A DNA stretch of 64,000 nucleotides from Sedimentisphaerales bacterium (GTDB lineage Bacteria > Planctomycetota > Phycisphaerae > Sedimentisphaerales > SM23-30), in the NCBI GenBank assembly GCA_963663965.2, contig CAXXFK010000020.1, positions 32,001 through 96,000 on the forward strand, given 5' to 3'. Below the pieces are notes generated by a model, which saw only the letters and a program-made list of their open reading frames with translations, searched no databases and was not told where the DNA came from. Below are positions 51,771 through 64,000 of the stretch, in pieces; within the stretch, counting starts at the first letter, position 1; each line of letters opens with the position of its first letter. The translations under genes were made by a program, and so were the position numbers.

Positions 51771-51802
51771 AGCTACCGGTCCTCAAACCCGGTGGCTTTT
51801 TT
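51771..51802 (+). terminator. Intrinsic terminator after topA
   Basis: AGCTACCGG-loop-CCGGTGGCT followed by a T-tract. Confidence 0.7.
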
Positions 51803-51805
51803 TAT

Positions 51806-53734
51806 TTACTCAGATGCCTGCTTGATGGTTTCGAGTTCTTCCCAGCGTTGGTAGGCTGTCTGGAGATCTGACTCGAGTTGACGATTGCGATCAGTGAGGG
51901 CGGTGATTGCTTCCGGTGGTTTTTTATAGAAATCGGGGCCGGCCATTTCGATGTGGAGCGCTTCGATTTCGTTTTCGAGCTGTTCGATGCGATCGGGCAG
52001 TTGTTGAAGTTCTTTGTTTTCGTTCCAGGAGAGTTTGCGCGGTTTGGCGGTGCCGTCACGGCGGATTGTAGTATCTTTTTCAGATTTTGGGCGGGTCACT
52101 TTGGCGGAATCCGACGCCGGGTCCGGTTGATTTTTTTTGCTTTGAATCAGATAGTCATCCCAGCCGCCGCCATATTCCTTAACCAAACCGTCGCCTTCGA
52201 GTGCAATGGTAGAGGTTACGACATTATTGAGAAAGTCGCGGTCGTGGCTGACCATCAGGACAGTACCGGAATAATCGCATAGTACCTCTTCGAGCAGTTC
52301 AAGGGTTTCGACATCGAGGTCATTGGTGGGCTCATCCAGTACGAGAATATTGGCCGGCCGGGTGAACAGTTTGGCCAGGAGCAGGCGGTTGCGCTCGCCG
52401 CCGGAGAGTTCACCGGCGGGATTGCGCACCTGTTTGGGAGAAAAGAGAAAATCTTCGAGATAGCCGATCACATGACGCGGCCGGTCATTCACAACAACTT
52501 TGTCACTGCCGGGAGCGATATTTTCCTGGACCGATTTGTCATCATCGAGGGCGGCATGCAACTGGTCGAAATAAGCAATTTGAAGATTGGTGCCGTGGCG
52601 GACAGTGCCGGATAGCGGCGCCAGTTCGTCGAGCATGAGTTTGATCAGGGTGGTTTTGCCGGAACCGTTAGGGCCGATGATGCCGATCCGGTCGCCCCGC
52701 AGAATGTCGGTGGAGAAATCGCTGACAATCAAGGGGCCGGATTCGTTCTGGTAGCCAAAGGAGACATGGCGCATTTCGATGACTTTGCGGCCGGTCACCT
52801 GGGCCTGCTGGACTTCGATGCGAACCTGGCCGATCTGATCTTTGCGCTGGCTGCGTTCTTCACGCATGGCTTTGAGCCGGCGGACGCGACCTTCATTACG
52901 TGTGCGGCGTTCTTTGACACCCTGGCGGATCCAGACTTCCTCCTGGGCAAGGCGTTTGTCGAAAAGTTTATTGCGGCGCTCTTCTTCTTCGATGTCCTGC
53001 TCTTTGCGAGTCAGGTAGGTGTCCAGGTCGCAATGGTACATGGTAACCCGGCCCCGATCGATATCGATGACACCCCGGGCGATTTTGCGTACGAAGGCCC
53101 GGTCGTGGCTGACCAGGAGCAAAGTGGTCTGGAGGCCGGCGATAAAATCTTCGATCCAGAGGATGGTCTGGATATCGAGATGGTTGGTGGGTTCGTCGAG
53201 AATGAGGACATCGGGGCGTTGCACCAGGCAGCGGGCCAGCATGACACGGCGCTTCATGCCGCTGGAAAGTGCCTGGAAATCGGCCTGGGGATCCAGTTGC
53301 ATGACTGAGAGGGTCTCATCGACTACAGATTGACCGGACCAGGCGTTTTGATCATCCATGCGATGATGGAGATCGGCCAGTTCATCCAGTATGGCCGGAT
53401 CATGCAGGTCGGCGAAGTGGTTGAGGTAATAGTCGCGGCCGAGGAGTTCTCCGGCCTGGCCCAGGCCGCCGGCGGCAACCTGATAGACACAACCCTGAAT
53501 ACCGGCCGGCACCTGCTGGATCAGGCGGGCGATACGCAGGCCCTGCTGACGAAAGACCTGACCGTGTTCAGCCTGGAGGTCGTCGGCGATCAATTTAAGC
53601 AGGGTGGATTTGCCACTGCCGTTGCGTCCAACCAGGCAGAGGCGCTGGCCTTTTTCGATAGACAAGTCGACCTGTTCGAGGACTGGATGACCGCCATAGC
53701 CGACGGAAACGTTTTGTAAGGTTATTTGTGCCAT
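51806..53734 (-). CDS. uup: ABC-F family ATPase Uup
   Basis: Two ABC cassettes (GRNGSGKST, LSSGMKRR; GPNGSGKTT, LSGGERNR), EEVWIRQGVKERRTRNEGRVR linker and KLSWNE..EL..LP.RIE.LE C-terminal coiled coil. Confidence 0.93.
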   Translation of the reverse strand: MAQITLQNVSVGYGGHPVLEQVDLSIEKGQRLCLVGRNGSGKSTLLKLIADDLQAEHGQVFRQQGLRIARLIQQVPAGIQGCVYQVAAGGLGQAGELLGRDYYLNHFADLHDPAILDELADLHHRMDDQNAWSGQSVVDETLSVMQLDPQADFQALSSGMKRRVMLARCLVQRPDVLILDEPTNHLDIQTILWIEDFIAGLQTTLLLVSHDRAFVRKIARGVIDIDRGRVTMYHCDLDTYLTRKEQDIEEEERRNKLFDKRLAQEEVWIRQGVKERRTRNEGRVRRLKAMREERSQRKDQIGQVRIEVQQAQVTGRKVIEMRHVSFGYQNESGPLIVSDFSTDILRGDRIGIIGPNGSGKTTLIKLMLDELAPLSGTVRHGTNLQIAYFDQLHAALDDDKSVQENIAPGSDKVVVNDRPRHVIGYLEDFLFSPKQVRNPAGELSGGERNRLLLAKLFTRPANILVLDEPTNDLDVETLELLEEVLCDYSGTVLMVSHDRDFLNNVVTSTIALEGDGLVKEYGGGWDDYLIQSKKNQPDPASDSAKVTRPKSEKDTTIRRDGTAKPRKLSWNENKELQQLPDRIEQLENEIEALHIEMAGPDFYKKPPEAITALTDRNRQLESDLQTAYQRWEELETIKQASE

Positions 53735-53880
53735 AATGTTATGGATTTAGTGGTCGATTCTATTTGAAAGAAATTGCTGATATTTTTTAGTTTCAACTGA
53801 GTCTTGATTGTATTAGTCAGGTCAACATGCTATCCTTATTCAATTAAAAATGGAATAACAAATTAGCCCGGACTATCGCA

Positions 53881-54774
53881 ATGACAGACAACATTTTGAA
53901 ATCAACGCCCCGCAACTTTTTATTCGGCGAATTGGAGCCCAAAAGGGAATTTTATGTGAATGGGCCGAGTGCGCCGTTTGCCTGGTATGGCGGGAAATAT
54001 TATTACGCTCGATGGATTATTGAGCATTTTCCCGAGCACCGGGTTTATATTGAGCCGTTTGGTGGGGCCGGGAATATTCTGTTGAATAAGGATCATAGTG
54101 ACGTTGAGATATTCAATGATATCGATGGGCGGCTGGTGAATTTTTTCCGGGTGTTGCGGGATCGAGAACCATTTGAAGAATTGAACCGGCAATTGAGATT
54201 GACGCCATACAGCCGGGAGATTTTTGAAGAGTGTCTGCTGGAAGGGCCAACGGAAGACAAGGTAAGAGAGGCCTACAAGTTTTTTGTGTTGTGCCGGCAG
54301 GCCATTGGCGGGACGGGCACTTCGAAATTAACGAAACGACACTGGACGATGAGTTTGCGAGCCAGGCGGAAGATGGCCGAACCGGTGTCGAAATATCTAT
54401 CGGCGATAGACGGTCTGGAAGAGGTGGCGGAACGGTTCGCGACCGTGGCAGTGGAGCATATGGACGCGATTGAATTAATCGAAAAATATGACCGGGACGA
54501 TGCGCTGATCTATTGTGATCCGCCTTATTTACCACAGACCCGGTATAAAGGGATTACCAACCATTACGCCAATGAGATGAGTTTTGAGGATCATGAAAAA
54601 TTTCTGGATGTGCTGCTGGCGTGCAAAGGCAAAGTGGTTTTAAGTGGCTATCATTCTGAGCTTTATGACCAGAAACTGAGTGGCTGGAAGATTGATACCC
54701 TGACGACAAAGGCCCATATGAAGAATTCGGGCCAGACGCGGGAAGAGGTGCTCTGGATGAACTGGGGAAACTAA
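53881..54774 (+). CDS. Orphan N6-adenine DNA methyltransferase (Dam/D12-class)
   Basis: FAWYGGK, YIEPFGGAG (SAM-binding), FNDID, YCDPPY (motif IV), VVLSGY, EVLWMN. Confidence 0.92.
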   Translation: MTDNILKSTPRNFLFGELEPKREFYVNGPSAPFAWYGGKYYYARWIIEHFPEHRVYIEPFGGAGNILLNKDHSDVEIFNDIDGRLVNFFRVLRDREPFEELNRQLRLTPYSREIFEECLLEGPTEDKVREAYKFFVLCRQAIGGTGTSKLTKRHWTMSLRARRKMAEPVSKYLSAIDGLEEVAERFATVAVEHMDAIELIEKYDRDDALIYCDPPYLPQTRYKGITNHYANEMSFEDHEKFLDVLLACKGKVVLSGYHSELYDQKLSGWKIDTLTTKAHMKNSGQTREEVLWMNWGN

Positions 54775-54855
54775 GGAACGAACAATATTCAATCGTGTCG
54801 GCAAAGTCACCATAACCAACTATTATTAAAAGACATACGCTTCAAAACAACACTC

Positions 54856-54890
54856 TGTCAACCAAATAATAAACACTGTGTCTAATAAAA
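54856..54890 (+). repeat. 35-bp dif-like motif, copy 3
   Basis: TGTCAACCAAATAA TAAACA CTGTGTCTAATAAAA; gapless match to copies at 31419, 33152 and 63113. Confidence 0.8.
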
Positions 54891-55082
54891 TGGGAGAGGG
54901 GGTCGGGCGGCCCATTTAATGTATTTTTTACTTGCATAAGAAGGTTTGGAGCGTTAATTTCTTACAGATTTTATCGTGAACGGAGAAGCATTTTGAAACA
55001 CTTGCGTCAAGTGTAAGCGTACCCGCCCCGCCTCCGGAAAAACAAGCATAAGTGTTTATAATTAAATAATTTGGGAGTAATT

Positions 55083-57087
55083 ATGTCATCGAAGTCTTTA
55101 GAGCAACTGAGTATCGAGACCATTCGTTTTTCTGGCCATGGACGGCGTCCAGGCAGCCAAATCCGGTCATCCGGGTATGCCAATGGGCATGGCCCCGGCC
55201 GCCTATACCATCTGGACACGTTTTTTACATCACAGTCCGAGTAATCCGGCCTGGTTGAACCGGGATCGTTTTGTTTTATCCGCCGGTCACGGCAGTATGT
55301 TGATCTATTCCCTGCTGCACCTGACGGGTTATGATCTGCCTCTGGAAGATCTCAAGCGGTTTCGTCAATTGAACAGTAAATGCGCCGGCCACCCGGAACG
55401 CGGGCACTGTCCTGGTGTAGAAGTGACCACCGGTCCGCTGGGCCAGGGAATTTCCAATGGCGTGGGCATGGCGATCGCCCAGAAACATCTGGCGGCCAAG
55501 TTTAATAAAGAGGGTTTCAATCTTTTCGATCACCATATTTATGTGATTGCCGGTGATGGCTGTTTGCAGGAAGGCGTTTCGTCGGAGGCCTGTTCGCTGG
55601 CCGGACACCTGGGATTGGATAACCTGATTGTGATCTATGATGACAACCATATTACCATTGATGGCGAAACCGACCTGTCCTTTACCGAGGATCGCGCCAA
55701 ACGGTTCGAGGCTTATGGCTGGCATGTACAGAAAGTTGGCGGGGATGGGAACGACTGTGAAGCGATCGCCGCCGCCCTGGAGAAAGCCCGGGCCGAAAAG
55801 GGCCGCCCCAGCATTATTCAGCTTCGCACCCATATCGGTTACGGCAGTCCGAATTTTCAGGATACCCATACCGCCCATGGCGCCCCGCTGGGTGAGGATG
55901 AAATCAAATTAATCAAAAAGAATTTTGGCTGGGATCCGGAGGTTTCATTCCATATCCCCGCTGAAGTAAAAGAGCATATGAGCCAGGCTGTCGCCAAAGG
56001 CAAGGCGCTGGAAGAGCAATGGAACGAGCTGTTTGCCGCTTATGAAAAACAATATCCGGAACTGGCCGCCAAGATCAAAACCGCTCAGGCAGGAAAACTG
56101 GCAGTGGATATTGACAGCCTGTTGCCAAAATTTGAAGCGGGCACGGCCCTGGCAACTCGTTCGGCTTCGGGCAAGACACTGGCGGCCGTGATGCCCACGC
56201 TTGATATGGTGATTGGCGGCAGCGCGGATCTGACCCCCTCGAACAATACCTGGTATCCGGGCGCCAGCGATTATCAGAAAGCGACTCCGGAAGGCCGTTA
56301 TCTGCGGTTTGGTGTGCGGGAACATGCCATGGGCGCGATCATGAACGGTATCACCTCCAGCGACCTGCTGCGAGTCTATGGCGCGACATTCCTGGTGTTC
56401 AGCGATTATATGCGCGGCGCGATTCGTGTGGCGGCCATCGCCAAGCACCCGGTGATCTATGTATTTACTCATGACAGTATTGGCGTGGGTGAAGATGGCC
56501 CGACCCATCAGCCGGTGGAACATTTCGCTTCGTTGCGAGCGATACCCGACTTGCTGGTGATCCGCCCGGCGGATGCCAACGAAACGGCCCAGGCCTGGAA
56601 ATATGCCCTGACCCACACCGACGGCCCGGTCGCCTTGATGCTGACCCGCCAGAATCTGCCGGTGATCGATCAGACCAAATATGGATCGGCCACGCAGTTG
56701 GAAAAAGGCGCTTATGTCCTGAAAGCGTCCGATAACCCGGATATTTTACTGCTGGCCAGCGGCTCTGAAGTTCCATTAGTCATGGAAGCTGCCGAACAGC
56801 TTGCCGCAGAGGGTATCAGCGCCCAGGTGGTTTCGATGCCCTGCTGGGAACTGTTCGAAAAACAGGATAAAGCCTATAAAGACAAAGTATTGCCGCCGTC
56901 GTGCCGGGCGCGCGTGGGCGTGGAAGCGGGCATGGACCAGGGCTGGTATAAATACCTGGGACTGGATGGGATATTCATTGGTATGAATTCGTTCGGCACA
57001 TCCGGCCCGTTCAAGCAATGTTTCGAATATTTTGGTATTACCATTCAAGCCGTGGTAGATGCGGCCCGAAAAATTAAAAAAGCGTGA
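55083..57087 (+). CDS. tkt: Transketolase; apparent +1 frameshift in a T5 run at 55127-55131
   Basis: SGHPGMPMG, DRFVLSAGHGS, GDGCLQEG, FGVREHAM, THDSIGVGEDGPTHQP. GGGAG RBS plus ATG 55083 gives MSSKSLEQLSIETIRF, which joins LAMDGV if one T is removed. Confidence 0.95.
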
Positions 57088-57132
57088 CATTCAGTATACG
57101 GCAACGTATAATACCATATAAGGATGTACCAA

Positions 57133-57190
57133 GCAGTTGTAAGTGTTGAGTAGGAGCAGTAAACCCACTCTTACTCACGCTTACTACTGT
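57133..57190. repeat. Imperfect long inverted repeat downstream of tkt
   Basis: CAGTTGTAAGTGTTGAGTAGGAG pairs with CTCTTACTCACGCTTACTACTG (G-U pairs, one bulge, one mismatch). Confidence 0.6.
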
Positions 57191-57627
57191 AACCGCTAAA
57201 ATGGTTGCGTCGGTTTTAGTTTCATCGCTTTCTATATCGAGTTGTTTATTCATATCAGCATATTGCCTTTGACCGGGTCGATTGTTTTCATCTATGTTTC
57301 GACGATTGATAATGAAACCCAGGGGGAAAACTCACCAATTATAAATATAATTTATATTGAACTGGCCATCTGAATCTGATATAATAAGAAGCAGAATTGT
57401 GAGAGAGCGTTTATATGAGGAGTGTTATGAAATGCAAAAAAGTCCGGCGCCGGTTATTCAGACGGTAAGCCTGTCACGAGTTGGGTCATACAGCTATTTG
57501 AGATTCAGGCGTTCATTTTCCGGTCTATTTTATCAAAACAAGTCTCTCATATACGCAGACAATAAAACCGGTGACGCCACAGCCGGTAATCGATGAATTA
57601 AAAAGGAATCATCTAAGGGGAGTTGAT

Positions 57628-58242
57628 ATGAAAAAGCGACTAACAATCTGCCTGATCATATTATGCTGCCATAATCTTGTCGTGAATGCCACTACTATTA
57701 CGAGTGGGACATTGAATATCGACGGCGAAGATTATGGCCAATTGTATGTAAGGAACGATGCCATTGTCAATGTGTTGGGGGATACCGTATCGACATTTTA
57801 TATGCGTGAAACAAGTATCATTAATGTATTATCCGGTGATATTTCTGGAGAAATTGTAGCAAGTGATCAATGCCGTGTTAATATCAAAGGTGGAAGTGTC
57901 AATGAAATTAAGGTTAATAATGATTGTTTGATCGAACTATCGGGCGGGCAAATCAACTCGCTAAAATCATTCTGGACAGAACATCAAACACGGAAAGCGA
58001 TTATTTTAATTTGCGACAGGGCAAGTATAAATTACGATGAAACCAGCGGCACGCTGACCGGCACCTGGCTTAATGGCGAAGTTTTTTCGATGCAACTCAG
58101 TGACTATCATGGCATGAATCACATTTATGACAATATATCGTTTATCCCAGAGCCGGGTATAATGACCACTTTGATATTGGGCGCTTGCTTTGTTTTTCGA
58201 CGAAACAAAATACTTATTCCTGCTAAAAGAGATTTGTTATGA
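57628..58242 (+). CDS. PEP-CTERM protein with beta-helix-like repeats
   Basis: GGGGAG RBS, signal peptide, repeated N/EV.GG-type units, C-terminal IPEPGIMTTLILGACFVFRR. Confidence 0.85.
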   Translation: MKKRLTICLIILCCHNLVVNATTITSGTLNIDGEDYGQLYVRNDAIVNVLGDTVSTFYMRETSIINVLSGDISGEIVASDQCRVNIKGGSVNEIKVNNDCLIELSGGQINSLKSFWTEHQTRKAIILICDRASINYDETSGTLTGTWLNGEVFSMQLSDYHGMNHIYDNISFIPEPGIMTTLILGACFVFRRNKILIPAKRDLL

Positions 58243-58835
58243 AAAAGTTGCTGATTTTCTTTTGGGCCGTGTTATGCTGCCACAACCTTGCCATCAATGC
58301 CACAACGATTACGAATGGCGTATTGAATATCGACGGTGAAGATTATGGCCAACTGTATGTAAGGAACGATGCCGTTGTCAATGTGTTGGGAGATACCGTA
58401 TCGACATTTTACCTGGGAGACAATAGTTCATTATACGTCATTGATGGAACTATCACAGGGAGCATCCTTGCTTCCGATCAAAGCCGGGTCAATTTTTCCG
58501 GGGGTTTCATCGATGAAATCCTTGTTAACCGGGAATGCGAACTCCAGTTAAGCGGAGGCGCTATACATACCATCAAATCGGTTTGGTATGAATACAAACC
58601 CGGAAAAATGATCACCATAAATTGCGATACATCAAAGACGCAATACAATATAACTGACGGTATTCTAAAGGGAGAATGGTTAAACGGTGAAAGCTTTGCC
58701 ATCCAATTAATCGACACACATGGATTCAGTAACTTATATGAAAAGATTACGTTTATAGCAGAACCGGGTTCATTGTTACTGATTACATCAGGATTCTTTT
58801 ACCAAAAAATGTTTAATAGGTACCATACAACATAG
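58239..58835 (+). CDS. Tandem paralog of the 57628 protein with degenerate PEP-CTERM (AEP)
   Basis: Shared LNIDGEDYGQLYVRNDA.VNVLGDTVSTFY; C-terminal IAEPGSLLLITSGFFYQK. Confidence 0.82.
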   Translation: MKKLLIFFWAVLCCHNLAINATTITNGVLNIDGEDYGQLYVRNDAVVNVLGDTVSTFYLGDNSSLYVIDGTITGSILASDQSRVNFSGGFIDEILVNRECELQLSGGAIHTIKSVWYEYKPGKMITINCDTSKTQYNITDGILKGEWLNGESFAIQLIDTHGFSNLYEKITFIAEPGSLLLITSGFFYQKMFNRYHTT

Positions 58836-58925
58836 ATAAGCTTGAATCTTCAGTCTCATTGGATTATCGAACTGTTAGCAACTACGTTTATACTTTTTGG
58901 TTGACTCAACTGAGTCAGATGCCTG

Positions 58926-58960
58926 AAAAAAAAGGCGCTCCCAAACGGGGGCGCCTTTTA
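58926..58960. terminator. Bidirectional intrinsic terminator (PFOR / PEP-CTERM pair)
   Basis: A8-GGCGCTCC-CAAAC-GGGGCGCC-TTTT. Confidence 0.8.
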
Positions 58961-58981
58961 TTGTTAGATATCCGCTATCTT

Positions 58982-62536
<3,555 letters not shown>

Positions 62537-62891
62537 TCAAAAAGAAATAGTAAACGGCCTGGCCGTATTATAAACGCTATGTACTTGTTAAAAAAAGAAT
62601 TATAACCAGAATCATTATTCCAATGGAATTGTGGTTCGGTCATAATTTCCTTTGGTTTGTTGCCAAAGAAATAAATGGACTATTCTACTGTTTGCAGGCA
62701 GAGTATGCCAGTGGAAAACCGGGGACGAACGGGCTTGGGGCGATAATTTCCAGCTGTGATGATTAACTGAAGCTGCACTGATACTATCGGCTATAATCCC
62801 AGTTCAATTCACTGATCTTAAAGGTATGACAGTTCCCCCATCTGGAACGAATCCCACAAGCTCACATTCTCAATTTTTGTACACTTGCCAC

Positions 62892-62909
62892 TTGTGCAAA
62901 TTTTCACAG
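62892..62909. promoter_or_regulatory. Rex-like (alternatively CRP/FNR-family) operator at the PFOR promoter
   Basis: TTGTGCAAATTTTCACAG versus the Rex consensus TTGTGAA-N4-TTCACAA (2 mismatches), 5 bp downstream of the -10 box. Confidence 0.6.
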
Positions 62910-62914
62910 AGAGT

Positions 62915-62944
62915 ATTTTAGATAAACATCCACCATCCTGTCAA
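62915..62944 (-). promoter_or_regulatory. Sigma70-type promoter for PFOR
   Basis: Minus strand TTGACA-18 nt-TAAAAT. Confidence 0.6.
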
Positions 62945-63112
62945 GCCCTGCAGGAATCATTTTGCAAATATATTTATTTTCCGTCATTCGAGACGTGGCT
63001 CGGAGAGTCCAATTTGGAAAGAAGCAGGCGCTCGATGACTTATTATCCATAACCCATTATATTTAAATAAGATATGATTGAAAAACCAAAGACTTATTAA
63101 CTTAAGTTTTTG

Positions 63113-63147
63113 TGTCAACCCAATAATATACACTGTGTATTATAAAA
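63113..63147 (+). repeat. 35-bp dif-like motif, copy 4
   Basis: TGTCAACCCAATAA TATACA CTGTGTATTATAAAA. Confidence 0.8.
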
Positions 63148-63155
63148 GGGTGAAT

Positions 63156-63194
63156 AATAAAAGGCGGCCCGATCGAAAAAGGGCCGCCTTTATT
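63156..63194. terminator. GC-rich hairpin, probable terminator for the DUF1559-like gene
   Basis: AATAAAAGGCGGCCC-10 nt-GGGCCGCCTTTATT. Confidence 0.7.
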
Positions 63195-63354
63195 CTTAAC
63201 CACCATGAGCCACTACGACTCCCAATAAATCCCGTTTAAGCTATGACGACTAAAACAGGTTCGAAACATGGCCTGCCAACTAAGGCGGTGAATCACATAA
63301 CTTGTTTAAATATAAGATCATACCAGGTATGCAGCCTAATATAACCTCGATGTT

Positions 63355-64000
63355 TTAATCTGAACCTACATATCTGCCCCAGCAGGCCCGCTGCATCCTT
63401 TTGAAATCGATATTATTTACTGCTGCGGTTTGCTCATTCAGTCCAGATTCATTGGTCGTAAAGTAATCGATGGTCCGTGGATCTTCCCATTTCCAGAATT
63501 CGGAATGGCCGTCGGCAAAGGAAGAGGTGCAACCATTATTATGGCGTACCGGCAGTTTATCCCACCACTTAACTTCTAATGGATTAATCGTCCAACTGGT
63601 GGTGGATGCGTATCCTTCATCAATAAAAACCATTCTCTCCCCACCCCGTTTAATGTTATCAAGCTTCAAATAAACGATGGTAGGCGGATTGGATGAGGGA
63701 TTATGGAACGCGGAATGTCCGTTCATGGAATCCACAATCGAATAGGTCCTGGTTTCATGTTCTTTGCCAATCGGGCAGCGATAAATATCGTAGCTCTGGT
63801 TATATTTCCACATGGCCCCCAGATCGACACAGGCCTTCATTGCCTCACGGTCAAAATCGGTAAAAGTACCCGCCGTTAAGGCATAATAGGCCACCCAGGG
63901 TTTTTCAGACTGTTTTTGCCAGTTGGGACTGGGATCGATACGGAACACTGGCGGGTTAGAAGTGACCGTCACCAGATTGGTAGTCCGGCCGCTGACAATA
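63355..64000 (-). CDS. C-terminal part of a DUF1559-like / H-X9-DG-CTERM prepilin-type protein (5' end outside the window)
   Basis: IYRCP, RTYSI...MNG, MVFIDE, RHNNGCTSSFADGHSEFWKW (H-X9-DG motif). Confidence 0.85.
   Translation of the reverse strand, partial: IVSGRTTNLVTVTSNPPVFRIDPSPNWQKQSEKPWVAYYALTAGTFTDFDREAMKACVDLGAMWKYNQSYDIYRCPIGKEHETRTYSIVDSMNGHSAFHNPSSNPPTIVYLKLDNIKRGGERMVFIDEGYASTTSWTINPLEVKWWDKLPVRHNNGCTSSFADGHSEFWKWEDPRTIDYFTTNESGLNEQTAAVNNIDFKRMQRACWGRYVGSD

Overview
A bacterial chromosomal window, most likely from an anaerobic planctomycete (Phycisphaerae/Sedimentisphaerales-like). This is inferred from prepilin-type DUF1559-like proteins, many dockerin-like C-termini, PEP-CTERM proteins, sulfatases, GH78 enzymes and PFOR. 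1-19 kb: an all-minus-strand island with AT-rich intergenic regions. It joins secreted beta-propeller/HAF-repeat proteins (dockerin-like or PEP-CTERM anchors) and two paralogous prepilin-type proteins to a MoxR-DUF58-VWA-VWA module. 19-29 kb: two sulfatases, a GH78 alpha-L-rhamnosidase and membrane proteins. 29-36 kb: a repeat-rich accessory zone where single genes sit between direct repeats, REP-like palindromes and short tandem repeats. 36-64 kb: a frameshifted GH78, a hybrid histidine kinase with a solute-binding lipoprotein, murJ, PPIase-like genes, topA, uup, an orphan DNA adenine methyltransferase, tkt (apparent 1-nt homopolymer frameshift), a PEP-CTERM pair and PFOR with a Rex/CRP-like operator. 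The most notable unexplained signal is a gapless 35-bp motif, TGTCAA-YM-MAATAA-[6-bp spacer]-CTGTGT-HTWATAAAR. It occurs four times (plus one degenerate copy), always in the same orientation and with an IHF-like box 13-17 bp upstream. Its core resembles XerCD dif sites and it sits at the borders of accessory genes. No rRNA, tRNA, CRISPR array, transposase or recombinase gene was recognised.
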